Below are positions 1 through 9,911 of a stretch of DNA of 64,000 nt, piece by piece. Each line of letters begins with the position of its first letter. Position 1 is the stretch's first letter. The position numbers and the translations under genes are program-made. The DNA lies in assembly GCA_019420525.1 (NCBI GenBank), contig JAHZHA010000027.1, forward strand, positions 38,050 through 102,049, written 5' to 3'. Below the pieces are notes generated by a model. The model saw only the letters and a list, made by a program, of their open reading frames with translations. It was not told where the DNA came from and did no database searches. This DNA is from Bacillota bacterium. Its GTDB lineage: Bacteria; Bacillota; Clostridia; Peptostreptococcales; Anaerovoracaceae.

Positions 1-258
1 CACAGAGACGGCAACGAAATCGTAGCCGTCCAGATTGTCCCCAATATGGAAAATATCATGAGCGATCTGGGAAAAGAACCCGCTCCGGAAGAGCTGCAGA
101 AACTCATGAAAGACATCATCGGCGATATCAATGAAACGATGTCCAGCTATAAACGTATCCGCAGTATCGTCATCCGAAAAGAAGACTTCGTCCGCACGAC
201 GACGAAAAAAATTATCCGTAATGATAATCTGGATGATGGTGAAGGGAAAAATATCTGA
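1..258 (+). CDS. C-terminal fragment of an AMP-dependent synthetase/ligase (acyl-CoA synthetase-like); 5' end lies outside the window
   Basis: The frame is open from base 1. The tail ...YKRIRSIVIRKEDFVRTTTKKIIR resembles the C-terminal KTxSGKIxR region of AMP-binding enzymes. A hairpin follows the stop. Confidence 0.4.
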   Translation, partial: HRDGNEIVAVQIVPNMENIMSDLGKEPAPEELQKLMKDIIGDINETMSSYKRIRSIVIRKEDFVRTTTKKIIRNDNLDDGEGKNI

Positions 259-270
259 TAAAAAATGTAA

Positions 271-297
271 AGGCCGGGCGGAATTTGTCCGGCCTTT
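271..297. terminator. Bidirectional intrinsic terminator between convergent genes
   Basis: GC stem AGGCCGG...CCGGCCT with a T-rich tail; it sits between the + gene stop at 258 and the - gene stop at 428. Confidence 0.45.
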
Positions 298-427
298 GAA
301 GTATCAAGAAAAAACAATCCAAACGCTCCAAAGGCTTTCCCATATAAATCAATGATCAGAAAACATGATAAACACATCAAGCAAACCTCAGAAAAGTGGA
401 GAAAAAGAAGAATATCTGTTTTTCTTT

Positions 428-2782
428 TTAATGTATCAGATGCAATCTCTCTGCTGCATCCTTCGCCTCGCTTCTGCGGCTGACTCCCAGTTTTCGCAGG
501 ATACTGCTGACATGTGTCTTCACTGTAGACAATTTGATATCCAAAATGTCACCGATCTCAGCATTACTTCTGCTGGCACAGATCAAGCGCAACACCTGCA
601 GTTCTGCCGCGGAAAGCGGTGCCGACATCTCTCTGCGCGGATGCAGATAGTCAGGATACATAGAAGCATGTTCTCTCGTAGCCATAATCAGTTTCTTTCG
701 GAATTTTTCATCGCCTTCCCATCCACACTCTTCCAATAGTGGAAGAACCGCCGTTCCATACTGACTGATCGTCCGGACAAAGCTGAAAGAATGAGCCGTA
801 TCCAGGGCAGTATATATTTCTTCGCGCCACTGGCTGTCTCCCAGTCGTTTCCAGGCTATCGCCGAAAGGATGTGAAGGTGTATACTGTCGATATACCTGG
901 CGCAGATTCTGCAGTAATTTCTCAGCGGTGACAATGTAATCAGCGCCTGCTCCTCCTCGCCCTGAACGAGTTCCACCATGGCTTGTGTAAAATACTGATA
1001 TCGTTTCATCACTCTCAAACGCTGCGGATTTCCAGGAGCCTTCTCTCTGTACCAGCTGTCTGCTGCCGCATCCTTACCTGTGAGCAGGTCAATCCTGCAC
1101 AGCATGGCATCGATATTTCCTAAAAAACGACGATATCCTTCCTTTTCAAAACGCTGCCTGAGATCCATCAGGCTTTTTCTCGCATCAGACGCCCTGCCCA
1201 GATCCGCCTGCATCCGCACCAGCAGTCCTGTAGCGGCGAATTCGATGTCCGGAGAACCTTCTCTGCGTATACGATCCATTTTCTGCAGCAGATCCATAAT
1301 CCTGTCGCGTATGTCTTCACCTTTTTCAAATTTACTTTCTGCCACTGCACAATCAGCCAGACACACACCGTCCTTTCCCAGAACCATCTCCACCGGAAGA
1401 CGCAGTGTTTTATAAAGCAGATCGTCTTTTCGGCTCCAGGGAGAAAAATCCTTGCCTCCGTTCATGAGACTAGGCAGGGTACTGGTGACGGACATGGGGG
1501 AAACACTGATCTCTTTACGGATCAGCATTCCACACACTTTTGGAAACAGCTCCACAGCGCTCTCAACACTGCGCTGAGGCAATGCAATATCAAGCCATAC
1601 CAGACGACTTTTCGCTTCGCGCACATCACTGTCAAAAGGTGTCCTGCTCTGTATAAATTTTTTCAGCGACCGGTACCAACGTTCTGATCCTTCATAATCC
1701 ATACAGATAGCACACAGCATACTCATCCCCTGCATCAGCGCAGGAGATGCCAGAATCTCTTTTTCCGGCAGAGCACGATAATACGGCTCCATTTCATCGT
1801 AATAACCCATTCCGGGATGAATCTCGGCATTTTTCACCAGAAGTTCCGAGATTTTGGTATAAGCTCCAATTCTGGAATAACACGCCAGCGCATTTCCGTA
1901 ATCTTCCTTCAGTTCATAGTACAGTCCTCCTCTGTTGTACAGATCGCGTTTCTGCTCTTCGCTGTACTCCTGCTCCATTTTCCAAAGAAGAAAGTCACGG
2001 AACAGCGGCCGGAAAGAATAGCTGTTCATTCGTTTCCGGACAAACATTGTCGTATCCCTCTGCAGGCGGTCCAGAACTTTGCCTGCCCGGCTGTTTCCGC
2101 TTATAATCCTGACCAGTTCCGAATCAAACTGCTCGAAAGGAGCAAGATCCAGAAGCATCCTGCGGTTAGAAAGAGAAAAACGCCTGTATACCATCTCCTC
2201 GAAATACAGAAAAATCTCCCGACGCACCTGATCTTTCGTCACCTCATTATAAGGTTCTCCTTTTTTCATATGATTCGCCAGAATACTCAGCGCCAGAGGA
2301 TATCCTTTCGTGTCTTCCAAAACGGATGTCAGGACAACATCAGAAACACAGATACCGTATTCTGAAAACAGGCGACTTACGCTTTCCCGATCCAGCGCAA
2401 GATCCCTCTCTCTGAAAACAGTCATCGCACCGGTGGTTTGAAAAGGAATCAGCCAGCCCGGAACCTCTCCCCGGCTGAGAAATACGAAACGCCTCTGCGG
2501 ATTTTCGCGGATCATTTTGCAGAGTATCTGCTGATCCTCTTCATCTGTAAGATACTGGAGATTATCTACAATCAGAGTCTTCCACTTGCCTGGCGAAGCC
2601 GGGAGAAGAAATCCGGAATCATCTGCCTGAATTATATATGTATATCTTCCCGACAGCAGGAAACGGGTTACCGTCGTTTTTCCAAAACCGCAGGGAGCAC
2701 TGAACATCAGGACGCGTCCACCCTTCAGAGCATCTTCGATCCGTTCTTTCAGTCCCTGTTTCAGAACTGTTTTTTTTCCCAT
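428..2782 (-). CDS. Large ATP-binding LuxR-family (LAL/MalT-like) transcriptional regulator
   Basis: N-terminal Walker A (SAPCGFGKTT), a long helical/TPR-like middle, and a C-terminal LuxR HTH (ELQVLRLICASRSNAEIGDILDIKLSTVKTHVSSILRKLGV). The RBS AGAGGAGG sits 7 nt before the ATG. Confidence 0.8.
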   Translation of the reverse strand: MGKKTVLKQGLKERIEDALKGGRVLMFSAPCGFGKTTVTRFLLSGRYTYIIQADDSGFLLPASPGKWKTLIVDNLQYLTDEEDQQILCKMIRENPQRRFVFLSRGEVPGWLIPFQTTGAMTVFRERDLALDRESVSRLFSEYGICVSDVVLTSVLEDTKGYPLALSILANHMKKGEPYNEVTKDQVRREIFLYFEEMVYRRFSLSNRRMLLDLAPFEQFDSELVRIISGNSRAGKVLDRLQRDTTMFVRKRMNSYSFRPLFRDFLLWKMEQEYSEEQKRDLYNRGGLYYELKEDYGNALACYSRIGAYTKISELLVKNAEIHPGMGYYDEMEPYYRALPEKEILASPALMQGMSMLCAICMDYEGSERWYRSLKKFIQSRTPFDSDVREAKSRLVWLDIALPQRSVESAVELFPKVCGMLIRKEISVSPMSVTSTLPSLMNGGKDFSPWSRKDDLLYKTLRLPVEMVLGKDGVCLADCAVAESKFEKGEDIRDRIMDLLQKMDRIRREGSPDIEFAATGLLVRMQADLGRASDARKSLMDLRQRFEKEGYRRFLGNIDAMLCRIDLLTGKDAAADSWYREKAPGNPQRLRVMKRYQYFTQAMVELVQGEEEQALITLSPLRNYCRICARYIDSIHLHILSAIAWKRLGDSQWREEIYTALDTAHSFSFVRTISQYGTAVLPLLEECGWEGDEKFRKKLIMATREHASMYPDYLHPRREMSAPLSAAELQVLRLICASRSNAEIGDILDIKLSTVKTHVSSILRKLGVSRRSEAKDAAERLHLIH

Positions 2783-2861
2783 TCGTTCGCCTCCTCTGTC
2801 GATTTTAGCACAGTTTGTTTGAAAATGTGCAACGACATGCTGTACTTTCCCCGATTTTCGA

Positions 2862-4268
2862 TCACCTGATATTTATCTTTTCCCGGCGGATTTTCCCCCA
2901 GGAATACTTCTTTTTTCGGTACCCTATCAGAGAAGTGGCCCGTACCCAGGATAGAATGAAACGCAGACAGGACACTTCCAATGCGCACAGTCCCACAGCT
3001 TTCAGGATATCCCCCGGAGTCAGTTTCAGATCCACAGTCTGAATACGGGCGAAAAAGGCGGTCAGAGATAATACAGCGGAATAAATCACATAAATCGCAA
3101 AGAAAAGGACCATGAAAGGTACATTGATCAAGTCAATAGCAAAAGCCAGTATGACGGTCATAATCCCAAACAATTCAATGTAGGGTGAAAGCAGCTCGTA
3201 CAACAGAAAATAGAGATAAGAGATTAAACCGACCAATCCGTATTTTCGGTTTGCCAAAATCTGCCTGTGACGGCTCATAGATTCAAACAGGCCGATATGC
3301 CAGCGCCGACGCTGTTTGCACAGATCTTTCAGCGTTTCAGGCGCCTGCGTCCAGCAAACGGCATCCGTAGCATACCGAATCCGATAAGGAATATCGTGTT
3401 GGCGGCAAAAAACATGAAGTTTGACCACCAATTCCATATCTTCTCCTACCGTAGTGGGATCATATCCTCCTGCAGAAATCACTAAACTCTTTTTAAACAG
3501 ACCGAAAGCTCCGGAAATAATGATACTTCCGTTGAAACGGTCGAACAGAATTCTCGCTGCAAGAAAAGAACGATCATACTCCAATACTTGCATACATGGA
3601 ATAATTTTTTTTGGCATATGGTAGGAGATGACACGCCCGTTCCGTATCTCAGCGCCGTTACATGGACGCACAGCTCCACCTACTGCTACTACAGATCCGT
3701 CTTCTAGGACCGGTCTTACAATTTTTTCCATAGAATCGTGTTGCAGAACGGAATCCGCATCCATACATACAAAATATGGAAACCTTGAAATATTGATTCC
3801 CATATTCAGAGCGTCCGCCTTACCACCATTTTTCTTGCATACGAGAGTTATAGGGACCTTAAACTCCTGAGTCTCGAAAACTGCATGTTCTTGCTGGCAT
3901 GAAATCATTCTTCGAATCGGTCTTGCCAGCTGTCGCATATGAAAAGTATCCTGAATCAGCTGGGCTGTGCTGTCTGTTGAACCATCGTCCACAATGACGA
4001 TCTCATACAGATGGTAGTCTAAACTCAACAGGGAGCGAATGGTGGAAATAATTGTAACTTCTTCATTATACGCAGGAACAATTATCGTCACTGGCACATA
4101 ATACTCCTGCGGAAGTTCACTTTTCAGCATGTTCCGCTGCTTGAGGCGATACAGCGTCGAAGATCCCACCGTCACGGCCAGAAACAGAAAGGTAGCATAA
4201 CCCACCATATACAGAACGAAAAATATTCCGACATAATTGAAAAATTCTTTCAAAAAGTCCATCGTCAT
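2862..4268 (-). CDS. Processive family-2 glycosyltransferase (PgaC/IcaA/NodC-like beta-glycan synthase), polytopic membrane protein
   Basis: N-terminal TM helices, then VPAYNEE, DDGSTD, CMDAD (DxD) and QRRRW (QxxRW processivity motif), with C-terminal TM helices. The start overlaps the upstream gene's stop (ATGA). Confidence 0.8.
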   Translation of the reverse strand: MTMDFLKEFFNYVGIFFVLYMVGYATFLFLAVTVGSSTLYRLKQRNMLKSELPQEYYVPVTIIVPAYNEEVTIISTIRSLLSLDYHLYEIVIVDDGSTDSTAQLIQDTFHMRQLARPIRRMISCQQEHAVFETQEFKVPITLVCKKNGGKADALNMGINISRFPYFVCMDADSVLQHDSMEKIVRPVLEDGSVVAVGGAVRPCNGAEIRNGRVISYHMPKKIIPCMQVLEYDRSFLAARILFDRFNGSIIISGAFGLFKKSLVISAGGYDPTTVGEDMELVVKLHVFCRQHDIPYRIRYATDAVCWTQAPETLKDLCKQRRRWHIGLFESMSRHRQILANRKYGLVGLISYLYFLLYELLSPYIELFGIMTVILAFAIDLINVPFMVLFFAIYVIYSAVLSLTAFFARIQTVDLKLTPGDILKAVGLCALEVSCLRFILSWVRATSLIGYRKKKYSWGKIRREKINIR

Positions 4269-5386
4269 CTTACATTACCTTCTTTCTGCAGCTTTCCGGA
4301 TTCAATCTGATATTCCAGAATTTCCCTGGCATAGCGGTCTTCTCCTTCAATGATGTCTGTTAGGTCCTCACTACTCACATGTTGGGCCTCCAGACTGGCC
4401 GCGGCAGCGCAACGTACATACCAGTTGACACTGCAAAGGGCCGTTTTCAGCACTTCTATCGTCCTCGGATCCCGGTAAGCTGCCAGTGACGAAACACTCA
4501 CTGTAACGTATTCCCATCGAACGGGATCATCATCTTCAGCGAATTCCAAAAGGAGATCGAACGCCGGAGGATAACGATAGCGTCCGAAATAACGGATGGC
4601 AGCCAGAATAACCTCCTTATCCGCCTCATTTTCTTTCAGCAGACTCAGCATCTCCCTGGTATAGTCACCGCTCTGGAAACGGATATAATTCAGCAGAGCC
4701 AACTGAGTGCGGGGTGTAAACTTTCTGAGATTCTCCCAGATCAGAGTGATGAGCCGGCTGTGATCGCCCTGGTAATCCAAAAGCGTTTCTGTCAGGATTT
4801 TTTCGTGGAAAAAGACGGAATTCTGATCCTGAATCTTCAGTGCAAGGATGATATCTTTCTCGTTTCCGAAAGTACACAGAGCCTTCAGCACATTGACGCT
4901 GCAGTACAAATTGTCTTTTTCCATATAACCCAGCATCACTTCCTGCAGATTCCTTGCCGACAGATGTTCCGGCAGAATGTGTCTGGACAAGAAGAAAGAA
5001 AAATAGGCGGCCTGTGTATTTTCCTTATTCCGGTAGAAGCCGGCCAGCTGAAGGATGCATGGCTGCAGCTGGATTATATAATCCCGGACCGTACGACTTT
5101 TTTCTTCCCCGCTGTTTTCCGAAGAAAGTTCCTGCAGCATCCGGTCAAAGGCGATCAGATTCTTTATGTGTCGTAATTTTTTATGAAGATCGTAAAGATA
5201 TACTTCGTCGATTTTTTCTCCCCGGCATATATGCCTCAGCTGAATTTCCGCATTTTCACGGTATTTCCGCTGCCTCCTCTGCATGCGGGGTTCGCTGCCT
5301 TTCAGCAGAAGTGCGTATGCGACATTGAACAGAATCATGCTGACGCAGACAATTCCGTAGAAATATATCACTATTTCAACTCTCAT
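4265..5386 (-). CDS. Membrane-anchored HEAT/PBS-lyase-like repeat protein of unknown function
   Basis: N-terminal TM segment, then helical repeats including NWYVRCAAAASL (HEAT-like). RBS GGGGAGG. Translationally coupled to the GT2 gene. Confidence 0.55.
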   Translation of the reverse strand: MRVEIVIYFYGIVCVSMILFNVAYALLLKGSEPRMQRRQRKYRENAEIQLRHICRGEKIDEVYLYDLHKKLRHIKNLIAFDRMLQELSSENSGEEKSRTVRDYIIQLQPCILQLAGFYRNKENTQAAYFSFFLSRHILPEHLSARNLQEVMLGYMEKDNLYCSVNVLKALCTFGNEKDIILALKIQDQNSVFFHEKILTETLLDYQGDHSRLITLIWENLRKFTPRTQLALLNYIRFQSGDYTREMLSLLKENEADKEVILAAIRYFGRYRYPPAFDLLLEFAEDDDPVRWEYVTVSVSSLAAYRDPRTIEVLKTALCSVNWYVRCAAAASLEAQHVSSEDLTDIIEGEDRYAREILEYQIESGKLQKEGNVR

Positions 5387-5422
5387 GAAAAGCCTCCCCG
5401 CTTACGGCCGCCGAACTCTGCT

Positions 5423-7672
5423 TTATTTCAGACTGTTCCAGTAATCCCTGAGGATATAGTAGGACTCCTTCAGACGCTCATGATAAGTGACATTCTTTCC
5501 CCAGCCTTCCAGTCTGAAAAAAGACATCCTGACAGTCTCATCCTTTTCTGCTTCTGCAACTGCTCCCGCATATATCCTGTCGATTTCCAGATTCTCGATT
5601 CCGTAATTCTCATAGTAATCGTCATGAATCATCATCTCCGACGGATTCGAGAAATTCAACAGCTGCCACGGAATCCGGATCTCCGCGCCGTCTTCTGTAA
5701 AGCAGTAATCAGCAAGGGAATCGAATTCCGGCGATTCGGGATTGGCATTTCCGTAGCGTAGTTTCCCCGTCTCGTAACTCTCGCCGGTCACGACATTTTT
5801 GTCGGTCTTAGGGACAATCCCTCCTAGTTTTAACGCCAGATTAATATTCACGAAAACGGGGCTGTCTTTTGCCGGCGGATTGACAAAGGGATCCTCTAAA
5901 TAATATGATTGCCAGTAGATCTCTTTCAGCACCTCATAGCGCTCCTGCACCTGTACCCGGCTGTTTTCTCTGCCGCTGACGGTTATGACAAAGTCGCAGG
6001 CGCGGTCAAAGCGGATGCTGTAATTTTCACACAGCTTACTTCCCGACTCCGGTGTCGTGTCCAGCGGGATATAGAGAGTCTCCTTCTCCGGATCGAAGCC
6101 CTCCGCGTAAAAATACAGAAATTTTTCATCGTACTTCATGGAGAGCTTCAGCGTCCCCTCCTGCCAGACGAGATCGCTTTTCTTCCACTCCGACGGATCG
6201 CCGTCCACATAACATACGCTCTCTTCCTCCCCGGGATCGAAGGTCAGTAGACCAAAAAACTGCTCATTCGTCTGATAATCGCTCCAGTAAGGTGTCTTCG
6301 TCAAATCTATTGCATGAAGCGTGTTCCAGGTCCGTTTAAACCACTCGTCCTGCCAGGAAAACAGACAGCTGCCGGCGTTCATGATGTCCTGGTAACACTC
6401 GACGAGATACGTTCCCTGTTCTTCTTCCGAGACAAATCCCTGGCTGCGTCCGGTGTTTTCATCGGTCTGCGCTCTTCCCCTTCCCGTCGTAACTCCATAC
6501 TCAGAGATCACGACCGGAATATTGTGAAAATTGTTGATCGCTTTCAGATAAGCATAATACGTGTTGTATCTGCCGTTTTCGTCGTAATAATCCTCTTCTG
6601 TTAGATATTCGTGGACATTCGGTGCGTTCAGTAGGGAAACCCGATAATTTGTAGCTGCTGCCTGATTTTGACCGAAAATACGGTTCAGCTCCTCGTCGCT
6701 GTAAGCCAGGGCCTTACGCTCCGTCTGCAGATAATCCGGATAATATGCATAGATATGGTAAGATGCGAAATACCCGGACTCGAATTTTTCCGTAGGACGG
6801 ATATGCTCCACGTTGACCGCCGCATTTTTATAGCGGTGAGAAGTAGTCACCAGCGAATAGGAAAAGGGATCTGTCGTGGGCCAGTTGGAAAAGGCGATCA
6901 TCCGCTGTTCCCCGTATCGCTGACTCTCATAGGCGATCAGGGTATCTCCCAGCTGCGCCAGAACCGTCTCAAAGGGAGTGGCGTCAGCCGACGTTTCCAT
7001 ATAGTCTCCCTGCCAGGAAGTCTTGTCGTAATGATTCTGATTCGTGTAAGTCACGAGGCTCGCTTCCCACTCTACTCCCAGGATGTAGCCCAGAACCCAC
7101 CGGGATACGTCGTGACGGTAAAATCCCGATCCGTCTCCGTCGCGGCCCAGGAGAAACTTCTTTCCGTGGATAATGTCGATGATCGTCTTGCCGTCCTCGG
7201 TCATCTCCGGCAGAATTCCGTCATCATACGCGTCTTTATGAGAATTGTGGGAATAGTCGTCCACCCAGAGTCCGTGAATGAGCCACAGAGGCTCTTTTCC
7301 CTCTTCTTCCCGCTGCGTGTTGTATTCGTAAAAAGCGTTGTAAAAATCGTCGTGGTGAATCGTGTAGATCCGGATGGTATTTGCTCCCAGTTCCTGGATC
7401 ATTCCGAACCAGCGAAGGTAAGTCTCCTTGTCGATGGCAAAGTCAGTAGCCCACTCTCCCGGCATGCCGGCTCCCAGATCGACGCCTCTGATTTCGAAAG
7501 GCTCGTAGCTTCCGTCTCGTTCCATGTAGATGGTGTCGCTGTCAGTCTTCATAAAGGCAGTCACCTGACCGCCGGATAAAAAAGCCGGATAGATACCCAG
7601 AGCGTAATACGCATACCAGACTGCGGCCGCCATCAGCACCGCCAGGCTGACGCCGATGATAAATTTTTTCAT
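5423..7672 (-). CDS. Membrane-anchored extracytoplasmic TIM-barrel glycoside-hydrolase-like protein (clan GH-A-like)
   Basis: N-terminal signal anchor. RGVDLG...GANTIRIY (beta-strand/NxxR-like) and PVVISEYGVTTG (nucleophile-like hhSEYG) motifs typical of clan GH-A. RBS GGAGGAG. Confidence 0.5.
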   Translation of the reverse strand: MKKFIIGVSLAVLMAAAVWYAYYALGIYPAFLSGGQVTAFMKTDSDTIYMERDGSYEPFEIRGVDLGAGMPGEWATDFAIDKETYLRWFGMIQELGANTIRIYTIHHDDFYNAFYEYNTQREEEGKEPLWLIHGLWVDDYSHNSHKDAYDDGILPEMTEDGKTIIDIIHGKKFLLGRDGDGSGFYRHDVSRWVLGYILGVEWEASLVTYTNQNHYDKTSWQGDYMETSADATPFETVLAQLGDTLIAYESQRYGEQRMIAFSNWPTTDPFSYSLVTTSHRYKNAAVNVEHIRPTEKFESGYFASYHIYAYYPDYLQTERKALAYSDEELNRIFGQNQAAATNYRVSLLNAPNVHEYLTEEDYYDENGRYNTYYAYLKAINNFHNIPVVISEYGVTTGRGRAQTDENTGRSQGFVSEEEQGTYLVECYQDIMNAGSCLFSWQDEWFKRTWNTLHAIDLTKTPYWSDYQTNEQFFGLLTFDPGEEESVCYVDGDPSEWKKSDLVWQEGTLKLSMKYDEKFLYFYAEGFDPEKETLYIPLDTTPESGSKLCENYSIRFDRACDFVITVSGRENSRVQVQERYEVLKEIYWQSYYLEDPFVNPPAKDSPVFVNINLALKLGGIVPKTDKNVVTGESYETGKLRYGNANPESPEFDSLADYCFTEDGAEIRIPWQLLNFSNPSEMMIHDDYYENYGIENLEIDRIYAGAVAEAEKDETVRMSFFRLEGWGKNVTYHERLKESYYILRDYWNSLK

Positions 7673-7694
7673 ATCTCAGTCTCCTCCGGATGAA

Positions 7695-9173
7695 TCAGTG
7701 ATCGTAAACCTTATTACGGGACGGATGACAGTACTGGCGCAGGGAATGAATATTATCATCCAGCCAGTCTCCCCGCTCACACAGCCATTCCTTCAGCTGC
7801 CGGACAGCCTCATCCTGGCTGTAGACATTGCGTGAGACGGGTGTCATAGGTTCCCACTGGGTCATAGCTTCCTTCCATTTCTGATTATTGCGCTCCAGAG
7901 CCGGACCGAGAAATTCCAGAGTCTCGTCGATATAACTCATCAGGTATTCTTCCGACAGCACCGTGCTGCGCAGCTCTTCGTAGCGCTTCAGGATCCGCTC
8001 CACGAAATTCTCCGATTTACAGAGCATAAGATACAGATTTTGATCTACCATTACAAAGTCGTACGGAGGCAGCGGATCGTCGGGATAATTGTCGCAGGAA
8101 TTATTGAAGTCCCAGACTGCCATTTTATATTTTCCGGACATATCCTTGTAGATATAAGTGGAATACCGGCCGGCGTCCGCATTGATCGAAAATTCGTTGA
8201 TCAGAAAGTAATCGACAAAACTTTCTACGTCGATATAATTCCAGTAGCCGTACTCGTCGGTATCGTAATCGTACGAGTAGAGCGCTTTTTCGAATTCGGC
8301 GTAATCCAGTTCGATCTCCTGGCGCATCTCCTCCGTCAGATTGGCGCGCTTCGGATAGCGGATCAGAATATCGGTGCGCAGCGTCAGCATGCGTTCCAGA
8401 TAGGAGTAGATATCCCGGATGCTTCCCAGATTTTCTTCCGTGGTCCGGTCTCCCCGCAGCAGATAGCCGGAGATTTTCGTATTCTGTTCCGAATCGCTGA
8501 GATTGAGCCTGCAGTTTTCCCCGTCTGTAATCGTTTCGATCATCAGATAGAGGCCTCTGTATTCTCCGTTCAGAATCACCTCGCAGTAGCGCACATTCGG
8601 CGCCCACTCCATGATCTCTCCGGAAATGTTATACCACATATAGTTTCTTACGAGAGATTTGTCCAGATAAGGTCCATACAACACCCACTCGTTATGGGCA
8701 GACATGCCCATGACCTCGGCGGGGGCATCTTCCCCTTTTTCGTTCACGAATTTCAGCTGGTAAGGGCTTTTCTCAAAATAGCGCGACGCATGACCTCTGA
8801 TGCGGATCTCCGTCTCCGTCACTAGAGCGGCCTGGTCCGAGGGATGATTGTTCCGGTCACTGTTATCGATGACAGAAAGGCTGGCGTTGATGACGTCTCT
8901 GCCGTCCGCTGCCAGCGAATTGATCGATTCTCCGAACGCATCTCGTTGCCCTGTGACCGCCCCTGGGATCTCCTGCCCCCGGGTATCTATGATGACCAGC
9001 GGAAGATGTGTACATAGCTCGCTGCCGTCGCAGTCGCATCCGGAGTCGGGCTGCCGGGCCGTCAGATGCTGATGAACGCGGTTATGTGTTTCCTCACCGC
9101 TCAATACGATAAATACCAGAAGGAGAAAAAGCATTCCGCAGAGAGCCAGCACAGATGTAACTCGATATTTCAT
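7695..9173 (-). CDS. CotH kinase-family protein with N-terminal signal/TM segment
   Basis: The CotH signature region RYCEVILNGEYRGLYLMIE matches the conserved V.LNGEYWGLY..E motif of CotH atypical kinases. RBS AAAGAGG. Confidence 0.7.
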   Translation of the reverse strand: MKYRVTSVLALCGMLFLLLVFIVLSGEETHNRVHQHLTARQPDSGCDCDGSELCTHLPLVIIDTRGQEIPGAVTGQRDAFGESINSLAADGRDVINASLSVIDNSDRNNHPSDQAALVTETEIRIRGHASRYFEKSPYQLKFVNEKGEDAPAEVMGMSAHNEWVLYGPYLDKSLVRNYMWYNISGEIMEWAPNVRYCEVILNGEYRGLYLMIETITDGENCRLNLSDSEQNTKISGYLLRGDRTTEENLGSIRDIYSYLERMLTLRTDILIRYPKRANLTEEMRQEIELDYAEFEKALYSYDYDTDEYGYWNYIDVESFVDYFLINEFSINADAGRYSTYIYKDMSGKYKMAVWDFNNSCDNYPDDPLPPYDFVMVDQNLYLMLCKSENFVERILKRYEELRSTVLSEEYLMSYIDETLEFLGPALERNNQKWKEAMTQWEPMTPVSRNVYSQDEAVRQLKEWLCERGDWLDDNIHSLRQYCHPSRNKVYDH

Positions 9174-9202
9174 GAAGTACCTCTTTTTCTGGGATAAACA
9201 AA

Positions 9203-9895
9203 TCAGCTGCTGATCTCGTCATTCTGCATCACAAGATTACAGTATTCGATATTTCCTATATCATAAATAGCATCCGTAATACTTTTTTCTCCAGAGTTCC
9301 GCCTGTTTCTGTCCATCTTATTTTTTGCACGCCGGCTCAGCTCGTAGATAAATTCCACGCTGTCTTCCGTCGTATTTTTTACTCTCAGGGCAGCTTTTCT
9401 GTCATAGTACCGGAAGATCAACGCTTCCACTGTTTCCTCATTCATCCTGACGGTGCGTATGATCAGTAAGAGACGGTCATCGTTTTTAATCCTTCCGAAA
9501 ATCAGGAAAATCAGAAAAGTAAAAGCGCTCCCTGTACCCGCCGCCAGAAAATCACCGGCGCCGCAGCATATACCGGCCACAATGGCCCAGAAAATATAGA
9601 TCGTATCCCGTGAATCCTTAATCGCCGTCCGGAAGCGAACGATGGACAGAGCACCCACCATTCCCAGCGACAATGCGATATTATTTCCGATAACGATCAT
9701 GACTGCTGTGGTTATCGTCGTGAGTGCAATCAGAGAAACGTTGAATTTCTTACTATAAATACTCCCCTCATGAGAAAGCATATAGGACAGATAGATAAAA
9801 AACGCGATCACTGTACCTGCCAACATTCTCAGAATGATAATCCTGGGTTCCAGCTGCCCGCTGTTTTCCAGTAAATCCAACAACATACTTCTCAT
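9203..9895 (-). CDS. Polytopic membrane protein, probable DUF4956-family (partner of VTC/CotH)
   Basis: Multiple TM helices then a charged C-terminal domain. The ORF-track start (GTG at 9937) overlaps the VTC gene. ATG at 9895 (MRSMLLDLLENSG) has RBS AAAGAGAAGGTG and is preferred. Confidence 0.5.
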   Translation of the reverse strand: MRSMLLDLLENSGQLEPRIIILRMLAGTVIAFFIYLSYMLSHEGSIYSKKFNVSLIALTTITTAVMIVIGNNIALSLGMVGALSIVRFRTAIKDSRDTIYIFWAIVAGICCGAGDFLAAGTGSAFTFLIFLIFGRIKNDDRLLLIIRTVRMNEETVEALIFRYYDRKAALRVKNTTEDSVEFIYELSRRAKNKMDRNRRNSGEKSITDAIYDIGNIEYCNLVMQNDEISS

Positions 9896-9911
9896 AATTG
9901 ACACCTTCTCT

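Noticed and set aside
5183-9072. Several 190-300-aa plus-strand ORFs (5183-5761, 6668-7579, 8040-8825, 8848-9072)
   Set aside because: All lie antisense to the CotH and GH-like genes of the polymer operon. They have no RBS and biased composition.
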